64,000 bases of DNA. Source: an uncultured Omnitrophica bacterium. Its GTDB lineage: Bacteria; Omnitrophota; Gorgyraeia; JACQQV01. Each line of letters begins with the position of its first letter. Position 1 is the stretch's first letter. The DNA lies in contig CAMTXH010000009.1 in assembly GCA_947085655.1 (NCBI GenBank), positions 3,738 to 67,737 on the forward strand, in the 5' to 3' direction. Positions 38,201 through 46,876 of the stretch are shown here, piece after piece. The notes beneath the pieces were generated by a model. That model had not been told where the DNA came from, did not search any database, and was given only the letters and a program-made list of their open reading frames with translations. The position numbers and the translations under genes were made by a program.

Positions 38201-39912
38201 GCGATCCGATGAAGGACGGAATGCTCTTTGAAAAATTCACGTACGATCGTGTCCCTCCTCTTTTGTACAACACCCCTTACCTCTTCGGAGTCAGAAATCC
38301 AAAACTCCTTGAGGCGTACCGGAAGGCGATGGCAGAGGAACCGGAAGTTCACCCAAAGACAGGTTACACCCTCTTTTTTGCCTCCCCGTTGGAGCGGGTT
38401 TTCCGAGACACACCCGTTTCAAAACTCCAAAGGGCGAATCCGATTCAAATCGCCTTGGCGGTCAACGAATCCGAATCGTATCAAATTGTCCTTGCGGCAG
38501 GCGGGGAAGATCTGAAAGGCGTTCGACTTGACGCCGGTCCCCTTATTCATCAAGACGGCATCTCTGTCATCGGACAGAATCAGATCCGTCTTCACCCTGT
38601 CGGCTATGTCCCGGTGAAGAAATCGGATCATCTCAAAGAACTGGAAGGGCTGGTGCCGGATCCGCTTTTACCGATGGAGCCCTTTGAGGTCAAGAAGGGA
38701 ACCCTTCAACCGGTTTGGGTCACTGTCACCGCCCCTCCCGGAACGCTTCCCGGTGAATACGAAGGTTCGCTGACGCTCTCTTCCGAAAATGCTCCCTTCC
38801 AAAAGATCGCCCTGCGGGTGCGGGTGTGGGCCTTTGAGCTGCCGAAACAGCCGCATCTTAAGACCGCTTTCGATTTTTACCGGAGCCGGCTCGTTCAGGC
38901 ATACGAGAGTTTTTTTCCGGAGTGGTGGGAGAAGTGGAAAGGAACTGTCGGGAAACTCGAGGAGCGGTATTTTGAGGCGATGCTCCGATACCGGATTTCA
39001 CCCGTTCTCAATATTGATCCCGCGCGCCGGGAGGATATCCGGAAGGTCCTTCGCCTCCGGATGCAGGGACTCAATGCGTTCGCCATCGGTCCTTACAGCG
39101 GCAGTCACGGAAACAACTGGCCGGATGACCTGACCCAGGTTATTCCACGCTACCGCGAATACGGACGGTTTCTCCGGGATTACGGCCTTTTGGAGGACGC
39201 GTATCTTTATACCTATGACGAGCCGAAGGCGGGGACGGAAAAGGTGGCCACCGTCTCCCGGGCCGTCCACGAAGCGGACCCCGGATTAAAGAATCTTGTG
39301 GCATTCCATCAGCCCTTCCGTTTCGAGGAGGAGCAGGAATGGTTTCGGGATATCGATATTGTTTGCATCCGGAATGTGATTTTTGACCCGAAAGAGGCGG
39401 AGAAGATTCGAAAAGCAGGGAAGGAACTTTGGATTTACTGCTCCGGCCCCTCTTTTCCGTATCCGACCTTTGTGATTGATTATCCGACGATGGCATACCG
39501 GATTCTCCCCTGGATGTGCTGGAAATACAATGTCTCCGGCCTTCTCTACTGGTGTGTCAATTTCTGGACGAAGAATCCGTATCTTGACCCGGTGAATACC
39601 CAGTGGGAGCAGAACGGAAACGGGTCCCTTTTTTACCCCGGACCGGAAGGGCCGGTCGGCTCGATTCGGCTTGAGATTATCCGGGACGGGATTGAGGATT
39701 ATGACATGCTGGCGATTCTCTCCGAGCGGCTGAAGGGAGCGAGGTCGGACGGGAGCGTCCTCCCAGCGGTCCTCCGGCAGGCGGAGGATGTCCTGCTTCA
39801 GGCGGAGCACCTCACCCCCTCGATGGAGAAATACCCCCAAGATCCGGAAACTCTTCTTTCTTTGCGGGAGAAAATCGCCGAAGCGATTCAATCCCTCGGA
39901 GGGAACCGATGA
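35233..39912 (+). CDS. 1559-aa exported multidomain carbohydrate-active protein (CBM-like, lyase-like alpha-barrel, GH123/DUF4091-like)
   Basis: PVSGGIPFP...WEDGSVKW, FWQQYPK, GMLDYGD, ARHIMDVD; C-terminal NESESYQ, PDPL, YDEP, GLLYW, GSLFYPG, SIRLE..RDGIEDY. Confidence 0.65.
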   Translation: MKKWFGLVILVVLLIGLGLRSPFFKKGKELPEFGRTAGEFVLGDFESEEALKNWEAKGVLVFLTEQYAVRGRHSASLNYSDDGNPVFALEQYFRTHEQARDWRPYEELLFTVFNPGQTKERIGLQVKDGSSRRYKEDIVIPANSALSHRLPMKKIAPFVDLRDIAQLNFFRWDPKKTAVFFLDDVRLIPQPQEAPKKEGKTTEAFSFDGSIRPTSPNAVSGQLFHRYAEKWEVTENGETFLRIPLRVAQDQSFLFEGTPVSGGIPFPYGLLKATTSFKLRTAGGTELPIQIRPLAFWEDGSVKWLHVNTEGTARAADQGLFFEIHKSPPSKPNETPLKVTQDSGQMTVVTGPLKFSVNKAKFTLLEEVFLDRNGDGQFSPEEKVAQGGDLFIRHRDEMFRSSLSRHYTLAVEEIGPLRVTLKASGWFTNESGRPFCQYEVRIQAFSGKSDIRLFHTLIYTGYPANRYHHEYENVKLPENETIEEIGIEQFISEKGIGRYQVGLPEKALTGTFQKPLVLSQLKADGFQLNQGEKTLHQGEKALGWLHAASESFGVTVNVRDFWQQYPKEIHLDPAGKLTVSLWPRSAGVLNLETGPAAEGPDAVARGSAFGLAKTHELTFSYHPGWVDPQTLHPKLSLWQHPPLLHSSPEWVYATYALGSIGPYSPLLEEEELLKRLFDWAARQPERFGWYGMLDYGDTLFWYRKEGYDKSYPDWGWHPEGRWGWFNCEGVGTHTGALFQFIRTGDYRYFAFGEASARHIMDVDTIHYDTVANDPRLREKIIGDHSRVGAMHRHNANHWGGRADEASHTHPFGFLLYYYLTGNERALEVAKEVGSYFLGRPITYTRHPDIAPQRAIANVLWGDVLLYEATRKERFKKEADHWAALFVNGQREDGGWGENYNPQLGTWDHEAGMRFMIFHTLPALIAYHRLTGSPEVEQAIIKGTEHLMAHEDYLPFFDSLAYAYELTGEVRYLDEARRRLSEQVAAQDRSGDPMKDGMLFEKFTYDRVPPLLYNTPYLFGVRNPKLLEAYRKAMAEEPEVHPKTGYTLFFASPLERVFRDTPVSKLQRANPIQIALAVNESESYQIVLAAGGEDLKGVRLDAGPLIHQDGISVIGQNQIRLHPVGYVPVKKSDHLKELEGLVPDPLLPMEPFEVKKGTLQPVWVTVTAPPGTLPGEYEGSLTLSSENAPFQKIALRVRVWAFELPKQPHLKTAFDFYRSRLVQAYESFFPEWWEKWKGTVGKLEERYFEAMLRYRISPVLNIDPARREDIRKVLRLRMQGLNAFAIGPYSGSHGNNWPDDLTQVIPRYREYGRFLRDYGLLEDAYLYTYDEPKAGTEKVATVSRAVHEADPGLKNLVAFHQPFRFEEEQEWFRDIDIVCIRNVIFDPKEAEKIRKAGKELWIYCSGPSFPYPTFVIDYPTMAYRILPWMCWKYNVSGLLYWCVNFWTKNPYLDPVNTQWEQNGNGSLFYPGPEGPVGSIRLEIIRDGIEDYDMLAILSERLKGARSDGSVLPAVLRQAEDVLLQAEHLTPSMEKYPQDPETLLSLREKIAEAIQSLGGNR

Positions 39913-40700
39913 AAAAGGGAAATGTCTTCCTTCCCATTTTGAATTATCATGCGCTGACCGACGGCGGATTTTCTCCCGACGGGATTTACACCCTTTCGAA
40001 GGAGGTTTTCCAAAGACAGCTTGACATTCTTGCAAGAAACCGGATGCAGAGCGTTTCACTTGAAGAGGTGTGGCAGTGGCTTCCGGGGAAAAGGGATCTG
40101 CCGGAGCGGGCGGTGGTTTTGACTTTTGACGACGGGTGGATAAGCGATTTTTCCGTGGCAGTCCCTCTTTTGAGGCAATACGGATTCCGCGCCGCCTTCT
40201 TCGTCAATCCCGGAACACTGGACACCGAAGGTTATCTCACAACAGATGCCCTCAAGGAAATGGGACGTTCCGGCATGGAAATCGGTTCCCACGGATTTGA
40301 CCATCTCTTCCTGACGACCCTTGCCGATGCGGACCTTGCGGTGCAGGTGGAAACCTCAAAGATTGAACTTGAGATTCTTCTCGGAAAAGAGATCCACTTT
40401 TTTTCGATTCCAAGGGGCCGCTACGACGAACGGGTTTTGAAGGCGATCCGGGATGCCGGTTATCGGCTGGCATGCAGTTCCGATGTCGGTTTGAACCGGC
40501 AAGACACAGATCCCTTTCGTCTCCGCAGGTGGGCCCTGAAGCGTTCCACCCGCGAGGACGATTTTATCTCCATTGTGGAGGGAAGACCGAAAAAACATCT
40601 TTTCGCGGAATATTTTTTCAAAGATGCGGCTTACCGGCTCTTAGGCCATACGGCGTATGAATGGGTTCGGAATAGGCTTCTCAAGGAAAGCATGACATGA
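39909..40700 (+). CDS. Polysaccharide deacetylase
   Basis: ILNYH, LTFDDG, IGSHGFDH, SIPRG. Confidence 0.88.
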   Translation: MKKGNVFLPILNYHALTDGGFSPDGIYTLSKEVFQRQLDILARNRMQSVSLEEVWQWLPGKRDLPERAVVLTFDDGWISDFSVAVPLLRQYGFRAAFFVNPGTLDTEGYLTTDALKEMGRSGMEIGSHGFDHLFLTTLADADLAVQVETSKIELEILLGKEIHFFSIPRGRYDERVLKAIRDAGYRLACSSDVGLNRQDTDPFRLRRWALKRSTREDDFISIVEGRPKKHLFAEYFFKDAAYRLLGHTAYEWVRNRLLKESMT

Positions 40701-41830
40701 CCACTCTTTTCTGGTTTTCGGTTTTTATTCTGATTTACATCTACATCGGATATCCGGCTCTTTTGGGCGTTGGGTCCCGGTTTTTCCGGAAGCCGGTCCG
40801 GAAGGGGGCCGTTTTCCCGACCGTCTCGGTCCTCCTTTCCGCTTATAACGAGGAAAAGGTTATCCAGCGAAAGATGGAAAATCTCCTCTCCCTCGATTAT
40901 CCGGATGAAAAGATTGAAATTCTGGCCGGCTCCGACGGCTCGACGGACGAAACACCCTCGATCCTCCGGTCCTACGCGGGGGAACATGTTCATCTGGTCA
41001 TCCAAACCGAAAGAAAAGGGAAGGCCAAGATGCTGAACGCCCTTTTTCAAAAGGCAAAAGGGGAGATTCTGGTGTTGACGGACGCCCGCCAGCGGATCGA
41101 CCGGCAGGCGATCCGGAGACTTGTCCGGAATTTCAACGACCCGAAAGTCGGCTGCGCAAGCGGCGAACTGGTCCTCAAAGAAAACGGCAATTCCGTCGGG
41201 AAAGGGATCGGCCTTTACTGGAACTACGAGAAATTCATCCGAAAGACCGAGAGCGAAATCGACTCCGTCATCGGGGCGACGGGTGCTTTGTACGCGATCC
41301 GGAGGTCCGTCTGGCGTCCGATTCCGGAGGAGACGATTTTGGACGATCTCTATCTTCCGATGCAGGCGGTCTCCCAGGGATTCCGGACCGTCTTCGACGG
41401 CGAGGCGCGGGTGTATGACGTGACTTCTCTCACCCCCAGGCAGGAATACGAACGGAAGGTGCGGACGTTGGCGGGGAATTACCAAAGTTTCGTCCAGTTT
41501 GCATCTCTTTTTAACCCTTTTCGGAGCCGCGTCGCGCTTCAATTCATCTCGCATAAACTTCTCCGAATCCTGGCGCCCTTTTTCCTGGCGACTCTTTTGG
41601 CGGCAAACGGGTTTCTATGGGAGGACCTTTTCTACCGAATTTTCTTCTTCATGCAGTCGGCCTTTTATGCGATGGCGGCAGTTGGGGCGTTTGCGCCGGT
41701 GAAGCGGATTCGCTTTTTTGCCGCACCGTATGTCTTTTGCCTGCTGAATTTCTCCGCGCTGGCCGGACTGGTCCGGTATCTTTCGGGAAGACAGCATGTC
41801 ACCTGGCAGAAAGGGGGTCTTTTGTCGTGA
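40697..41830 (+). CDS. GT2 membrane glycosyltransferase (PgaC/IcaA-like)
   Basis: YIGYP, AYNEE, SDGSTD, TDA, GATGALYA, LDD, RKVR, SHKLLR. Confidence 0.88.
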   Translation: MTTLFWFSVFILIYIYIGYPALLGVGSRFFRKPVRKGAVFPTVSVLLSAYNEEKVIQRKMENLLSLDYPDEKIEILAGSDGSTDETPSILRSYAGEHVHLVIQTERKGKAKMLNALFQKAKGEILVLTDARQRIDRQAIRRLVRNFNDPKVGCASGELVLKENGNSVGKGIGLYWNYEKFIRKTESEIDSVIGATGALYAIRRSVWRPIPEETILDDLYLPMQAVSQGFRTVFDGEARVYDVTSLTPRQEYERKVRTLAGNYQSFVQFASLFNPFRSRVALQFISHKLLRILAPFFLATLLAANGFLWEDLFYRIFFFMQSAFYAMAAVGAFAPVKRIRFFAAPYVFCLLNFSALAGLVRYLSGRQHVTWQKGGLLS

Positions 41831-42621
41831 AACTCGCTGCGATCGGAATTCTTTTCCTCTTTGCCTATTTTCCGACGCTCGTTTGGATGGCGGACCGTTG
41901 GATGGCGGCCGATTCCTATTACGGGCACGGTTTTCTGATTCCGCTTGTGAGCGCCTACCTTGTTTGGCGCAAGCGGAAGGAAATTGCGCAACTTCCGAAG
42001 GAATCTTCAAGCTGGGGGCTTGTTCTCCTTGTCGTCGGGCTTCTCATTCATCTGGCGAGCGCTATGGTCAAGGTCTATTTCACCTCCGGTTTCTCGATCC
42101 TGATTTCCGTTTCGGGGCTGGTTCTCTATCTGGGGGGAAAACGGCTGCTCCGGGCGGTCGGGTTTCCGATTTTCATGCTCTTTTTCATGATTCCCTTTCC
42201 GCTCGTTGTCATCGGAACGGCGGTCCTCCGGTTGAAACTGTTTGCGGCGATGTGCGCCACCGTGATTCTTCATCTGATCGGGATGCCGGCAGTCCAGCAG
42301 GGAAGCACCATCTTTATGCGGAACGCCACCGTTCTGGTGGATGATCCGTGCAGCGGACTCCGTTCGCTCCTTTCGCTTCTGACACTCGGGGTTTTGTTTG
42401 CCTATCTGAAGCAGGCCCGACTTTCAAGACGGGTCCTCTTTTTCCTTTCTTCCATCCCGATCGCGATTTTTGCAAATGTCATCCGGATTGTGATGCTGGC
42501 CGGGATCGCCGACATTTACGGGGTGGATGTGGCATTGAAATTCTTCCATGACTTCTCCGGTTTTGTGGTATTCGGGCTTGCCCTCGGGGGATTGTCACTC
42601 GTCGGGAGAGTTCTTCAATGA
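41827..42621 (+). CDS. xrt: Exosortase (EpsH family)
   Basis: YGHGFLIP and catalytic Cys/Arg/His pattern DPCSGLRS...ANVIRI...FHDFSG; GTG start overlaps the previous stop. Confidence 0.92.
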   Translation: MKLAAIGILFLFAYFPTLVWMADRWMAADSYYGHGFLIPLVSAYLVWRKRKEIAQLPKESSSWGLVLLVVGLLIHLASAMVKVYFTSGFSILISVSGLVLYLGGKRLLRAVGFPIFMLFFMIPFPLVVIGTAVLRLKLFAAMCATVILHLIGMPAVQQGSTIFMRNATVLVDDPCSGLRSLLSLLTLGVLFAYLKQARLSRRVLFFLSSIPIAIFANVIRIVMLAGIADIYGVDVALKFFHDFSGFVVFGLALGGLSLVGRVLQ

Positions 42622-43250
42622 AAAAAAACTGGGTTGTGAGCACCATTTTATTCATCATCGTCGGAGCGATCTCTCTCCACTTTTATCAGATTCAACGCGC
42701 CACCCACGATACAAGGGATATCCGGAAGATTCCGATGGAACTGGGCGGGTGGCAGGCAAGGAATATCCAAGTGACGGATCGGGAGTATGAGGTGCTTGAG
42801 ACGCGAAATCTGATTTCCCGCGAATACCGGAATGGAAAGGGAGAGTCGATGAGTCTTTTTGTCATCTATTCCGAGACAAACCGCCGCGTCTGCCATCCGC
42901 CGGTCGTCTGCCTGATCGGAAGCGGCGCTACCGTCAACCAAAGCGGCCGCTCATTTCTTTCGTTCCCGGAAAAGGAAATTCCGGTCAACACCCTGATGGT
43001 TCAATCCGGAAATCAAAAAAATCTGGTTCTCTATTGGTATATGCTGGATGAATCCTTCACGGAGGATTACTTCACCCAGCAGTTTCGATGGGTCATCCGC
43101 CAAGCGATGGGTCACCGGGGAGGAGGTGCGCTCATCCGCGTCGTGACGCCCCTCCATGGAACGGAAGAAGAGACGCTCGAACGGGTAAAGGAATTTATCC
43201 AAGAACTCCTTCCGCATCTGACAGAAGAAAAGAAGGTCCGCTCGACCTAA
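42618..43250 (+). CDS. epsI: EpsI-family exosortase-associated protein
   Basis: IPMELGGW, HPPVVCLIGSG, VLYWY, GALIRV. Confidence 0.88.
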   Translation: MKKNWVVSTILFIIVGAISLHFYQIQRATHDTRDIRKIPMELGGWQARNIQVTDREYEVLETRNLISREYRNGKGESMSLFVIYSETNRRVCHPPVVCLIGSGATVNQSGRSFLSFPEKEIPVNTLMVQSGNQKNLVLYWYMLDESFTEDYFTQQFRWVIRQAMGHRGGGALIRVVTPLHGTEEETLERVKEFIQELLPHLTEEKKVRST

Positions 43251-43436
43251 TCTTCCGTGTTGTATTTAGGGTCAACATGTCGAATTGCTTAAACAGATTA
43301 AATCTGGACTGTCCTGGATAACCCTGGACAAACCCGGACAGTCTCTGAATAGAGGGAAAATTAATGCATAACTTATTTCATTATAAAGAGTTACAGACAT
43401 GACAAATAGAAAAATATTAATTCCTTTACGGGAGGT

Positions 43437-43451
43437 TGGCATGGAGATTGC
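43437..43451 (+). promoter_or_regulatory. Sigma-54 (-24/-12) promoter of the PGT/PEP-CTERM operon
   Basis: TGGCAT-GGAGA-TTGC with the same flanks (TTGGCA...TTGCGTA) as the 6237 promoter. Confidence 0.8.
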
Positions 43452-43513
43452 GTATATTCAATAGATGCGGCAGACTTTCTATGCCTTGTTTGGACCAAGA
43501 TTAAACAAATAAA

Positions 43514-44332
43514 ATGAAGCCATTCAGGAAAACCCAAAGCGCTAGAGGAAGAATTCAACTTACCGTGACTCTCGGAGTAGCACTTCTTGTGCTCGTGGGT
43601 CTTGCAACGGTTTGGTGCGTCAACTCCTTTTCAGACACCGGTGCATTCGGAGCACAACACAAGATGCCGGTTCCTGAACCGAGCAGTGCTATTCTTCTTG
43701 GCGGAGGCGGCATTTTGGGCGCCATCGTGCGGTTTGCCCGGCGCCGTTTTCAGGAGTTCAAACGGGCTTTCGATCTCTTCTTTGCATCCCTGGGTCTTTT
43801 GGTCTCCCTTCCGATTCTGGCGCTCATCGGCCTCTGGATTAAGTGTATCTCAGCCGGGAGCGTTTTCTTCACACAGGAACGGGTCGGAAAGGATGGCGCG
43901 CTTTTTACGATTTATAAACTCCGGACGATGCATAACGGTGCGGAGGCCGAAACCGGGCCGGTTTGGGCCCGGGAGAACGACCCGCGCCTGATTCCTTTCG
44001 GGAAGTGGATTCGGAGACTTCACCTGGATGAGATTCCGCAGCTTTGGAATGTTCTCCAGGGAGAGATGAGTCTGATCGGACCCAGACCCGAGCGCCCCGA
44101 ATTTGTCCAAGAGCTCCAAAGAGCCATCCCGGATTACGAAAAGCGTTTAAAGGTGAAGCCGGGGATCACGGGACTCGCGCAGGTCTGGCACAAATATGAC
44201 GAAACCCTTCAGGATGTCCGGAAGAAGATTAAATACGACCTTCTCTACATCCGAAAGATGTGCCTCTGGGTGGACTTGCGGATTCTGGCGAATACGGTCC
44301 TTGTGGTGTTGACCGGAAGGGGGGCACGCTAA
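43514..44332 (+). CDS. Priming phosphoglycosyltransferase (Bac_transf) with an internal PEP-CTERM motif
   Basis: KRAFD, YKLRTM, LDEIPQLWNVLQGEMSLIGPRPE, VKPGITGLAQV; preceded by VPEPSSAILLGGGGILGAIVRFARRR. Confidence 0.9.
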   Translation: MKPFRKTQSARGRIQLTVTLGVALLVLVGLATVWCVNSFSDTGAFGAQHKMPVPEPSSAILLGGGGILGAIVRFARRRFQEFKRAFDLFFASLGLLVSLPILALIGLWIKCISAGSVFFTQERVGKDGALFTIYKLRTMHNGAEAETGPVWARENDPRLIPFGKWIRRLHLDEIPQLWNVLQGEMSLIGPRPERPEFVQELQRAIPDYEKRLKVKPGITGLAQVWHKYDETLQDVRKKIKYDLLYIRKMCLWVDLRILANTVLVVLTGRGAR

Positions 44333-44845
44333 ATGTCCCGGTACCGTGGCCTGGGGAGTCTGAGTTCAACCGCTTTTAAGGCGCTCATCATTAATACACT
44401 CTTTCTCGGCATTGCCCTTGCGGCGGGAAGCGGCCTTTTTTACGTTTATCACGATAAAAATTCGCCGGAGAGTTTTTACAAGAATGAAGGATACACCCTT
44501 CTCACGGGCGAAATGACCAAGAAAGACAAAGCCGTTTGGGAGGGGCAGGAAAATATCTTCGGCGCCACAACGTATCTTGCAACCGGTGACAATTTGCGGA
44601 ACCCGAATTTTGACAATGCGGAGACAAGGGAATTCATCCAACGCCAGGATACCCGGCATGCAACGCAGGTCCCGATTAAGGCGATTCAATTTTTCGGATC
44701 CTCAATGACGGTCACCTTCGAAAACGGTTGCGAGGTGACCCGGACATGGGATATCGCCCGGAGCCCCGGGAAGATCTATCCAACTCGTAAAATCACGGAG
44801 GAGTGCGATGATGCAAAACGACAGGAACTTCCGCCTTATTCATAA
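44333..44845 (+). CDS. Hypothetical membrane-anchored protein
   Basis: ATG directly follows the previous TAA; single N-terminal TM segment. Confidence 0.55.
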   Translation: MSRYRGLGSLSSTAFKALIINTLFLGIALAAGSGLFYVYHDKNSPESFYKNEGYTLLTGEMTKKDKAVWEGQENIFGATTYLATGDNLRNPNFDNAETREFIQRQDTRHATQVPIKAIQFFGSSMTVTFENGCEVTRTWDIARSPGKIYPTRKITEECDDAKRQELPPYS

Positions 44846-45590
44846 TCCATACGTCATTCTGATTGCCGTTACGGCACTCATGTTTGGATGGGCCGTTCAG
44901 GCGGAGGCGTCCATCTTTCACCAGATTCCGTTTGAATTCATCTCCTTCTCAGAAGGAGACCTTGATTATTCGGATTCGGCCGATGACAACAACACCGGCT
45001 CGACACCTCTCGGGTTTTCCGTCACGCTGGGAGGAGCGACCTACAGCTACTTTGACATGGATTCAAACGGCTATATTCAACTGTTAACCGGGGCGGCACA
45101 TTCTCCCACCGAATACGGTTACGGCGGAATTGATGATTTGATCGATGAAGATCCGACATCCACCTATCTTCTTTCGGCCTACGATGACCTCTCTTCTTAT
45201 GATTACGGCTTTTACGGATATAAAGTCTATGGGGACATGGTCATTTTTTACTATGATACCGAGACCTATGACGATGGGGGCTACGAGCTTTTGAATAATT
45301 TTGAAGTCATTCTTTACGATGACGGTCGTGTCCAGTGGAACTTCAACTACGCCGATTACGACATTTATGGTTATGATCTCTACTCGGGCCTCTATTTCGG
45401 GAACACGGAAACGCGCCATGAGTTATACCGGGAGACGATTCCTCAAAGGGAGTCGTGGATCTACGGACCGCATTCACACGAGGTGATTCCGGAACCGAGC
45501 TCTCTGGGACTTTTGGGAATGGGCCTTTTGGGCCTGTGGAAGTATCGTAAGAAGACAGGAAGCAATGAACACCTTGCAAATCTGTCATGA
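44808..45590 (+). CDS. PEP-CTERM surface protein (Tyr/Asp-rich)
   Basis: Signal peptide (AVQAEA); C-terminal IPEPSSLGLLGMGLLGLWKYRKK. Confidence 0.9.
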   Translation: MMQNDRNFRLIHNPYVILIAVTALMFGWAVQAEASIFHQIPFEFISFSEGDLDYSDSADDNNTGSTPLGFSVTLGGATYSYFDMDSNGYIQLLTGAAHSPTEYGYGGIDDLIDEDPTSTYLLSAYDDLSSYDYGFYGYKVYGDMVIFYYDTETYDDGGYELLNNFEVILYDDGRVQWNFNYADYDIYGYDLYSGLYFGNTETRHELYRETIPQRESWIYGPHSHEVIPEPSSLGLLGMGLLGLWKYRKKTGSNEHLANLS

Positions 45591-45613
45591 AAAACAAGGA
45601 GGAGGTAAGTAGC

Positions 45614-46297
45614 ATGAGTAAACCGAAGTTAGTAGTTTTAGCAGCGGCAGTCCTTCTGCTCTTGAGCGGAGGGAATGCCCTTGCTGTCCCGAGCATCGAC
45701 GGAACGATCGGTCCCGGGGAATGGAGCGCAGGCCTGATCATCAATTCGTTCGATCCGAACGAAGGCGGGATCCCGGATGATTATGACATCTTCCGGGTCG
45801 CGATGATTCAGGAGAATTCCGGCGGGTCGGATGACGGGCTCTATATCCTCATCGACCTTTACGGATCGCCGACTTTCACCTCACTGGATGAGACGTCGCC
45901 ACCGGCGCCTGTCTCCTACAGGACGGCAATTGATGTCAACCGGGACGGAGATTTCAATGATGCGGTGGATCGCATCTTCGATTTCCGCGCCACCGGATTC
46001 ACCGTCTTTGACGGAACCGGGACAGCGATTGCCGACACCGGCACAGAGTTCATTTTGGGTCCGGATGTGGTGGAGTTCTTTATTCCGGAAGATATGCTCG
46101 GAGGACCTTTCTCGTCCTTCGACACCTTCACGCGTCTGGATAACGGCGGTGAGCCTGCAGACGACCGGGTGCCGGATAGAGGGTTCGACACTACGATTCC
46201 GGAGCCGGCCACCATGGCCCTTTTTGGTTCAGGGCTTTTGGGGGCTTTGGGATACGCCAGAAGGAAATCTGCAATGAAGCCGTACCACAAACCTTAA
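45614..46297 (+). CDS. PEP-CTERM surface protein
   Basis: RBS GGAGGT; signal peptide (NALA); C-terminal IPEPATMALFGSGLLGALGYARRK. Confidence 0.9.
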   Translation: MSKPKLVVLAAAVLLLLSGGNALAVPSIDGTIGPGEWSAGLIINSFDPNEGGIPDDYDIFRVAMIQENSGGSDDGLYILIDLYGSPTFTSLDETSPPAPVSYRTAIDVNRDGDFNDAVDRIFDFRATGFTVFDGTGTAIADTGTEFILGPDVVEFFIPEDMLGGPFSSFDTFTRLDNGGEPADDRVPDRGFDTTIPEPATMALFGSGLLGALGYARRKSAMKPYHKP

Positions 46298-46314
46298 GCA
46301 GACGGTTTGTGAGA

Positions 46315-46341
46315 CCCGCCTTTCGTGCATCGAAAGGCGGG
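46315..46341 (+). other. Intergenic GC-rich hairpin without a U-tract
   Basis: CCCGCCTTTCG-TGCAT-CGAAAGGCGGG, 11-bp stem. Confidence 0.5.
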
Positions 46342-46361
46342 GAAAGGACAAATCTGCAGAG

Positions 46362-46703
46362 ATGAAAAATGTAACGCTTCTTCTAATCCCTCTTCTCATA
46401 CTGTTTCTCTCCGGATGCGAAGGGGCAACAACGGCTGCCTTGACCCTCTTGGGCGCCAGCTCCACTATCGTCGAAGACCTGACCAAGGATGACGGCGGGG
46501 TCGGTGGCGGTGGAGGTTCAGGCGATACCGGTGATACCGGAGGCGGCGGCGGAGGGGGAGGCGGCGGGGATGTTCCCCCGACGCTGGCCCACTCGCCGGA
46601 GCCGGGCTCTATGCTCCTTTTTGGGAGCGGCCTTTTGGGAGCGGCCCTTTCCCGTTCACGATTCCGAGGGATCCTTAGGAGAAGACGTAAGACAATATCA
46701 TAA
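46362..46703 (+). CDS. Small Gly-rich lipoprotein with a PEP-CTERM signal
   Basis: Lipobox LSGC; poly-Gly linker; HSPEPGSMLLFGSGLLGAALSRSRFRGILRRRRK. Confidence 0.85.
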   Translation: MKNVTLLLIPLLILFLSGCEGATTAALTLLGASSTIVEDLTKDDGGVGGGGGSGDTGDTGGGGGGGGGGDVPPTLAHSPEPGSMLLFGSGLLGAALSRSRFRGILRRRRKTIS

Positions 46704-46876
46704 GGTAGATAAAATCTACCTCCTCCTTGTGGCTTGTGTTCCAGAACCCATGGCGCAACTCATCTCGGCTCTGGAAAAAGGATAGAGTGGGAGTAGGAAA
46801 TAACCTATTCAAAATAAAAGAGTTATAGAAGTGAGGTAGGTGAGTTGCGTTAATGGGGGAACGCAGGAATGGTTTG

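Noticed and set aside
41617-41826. Longest-ORF N-terminal extensions (also at 12313, 19582, 20196, 23571, 49828, 51132, 61247, 61690)
   Set aside because: They overlap upstream genes or the riboswitch; downstream starts coupled to stops or RBSs fit better.
43301-43340. Tandem repeats as a CRISPR array or iterons
   Set aside because: Units are only 10 bp with no spacers, and no cas or rep gene is nearby; promoter context explains them better.
46490-46570. GGC-rich low-complexity repeat
   Set aside because: It simply encodes the poly-Gly linker of the PEP-CTERM lipoprotein.
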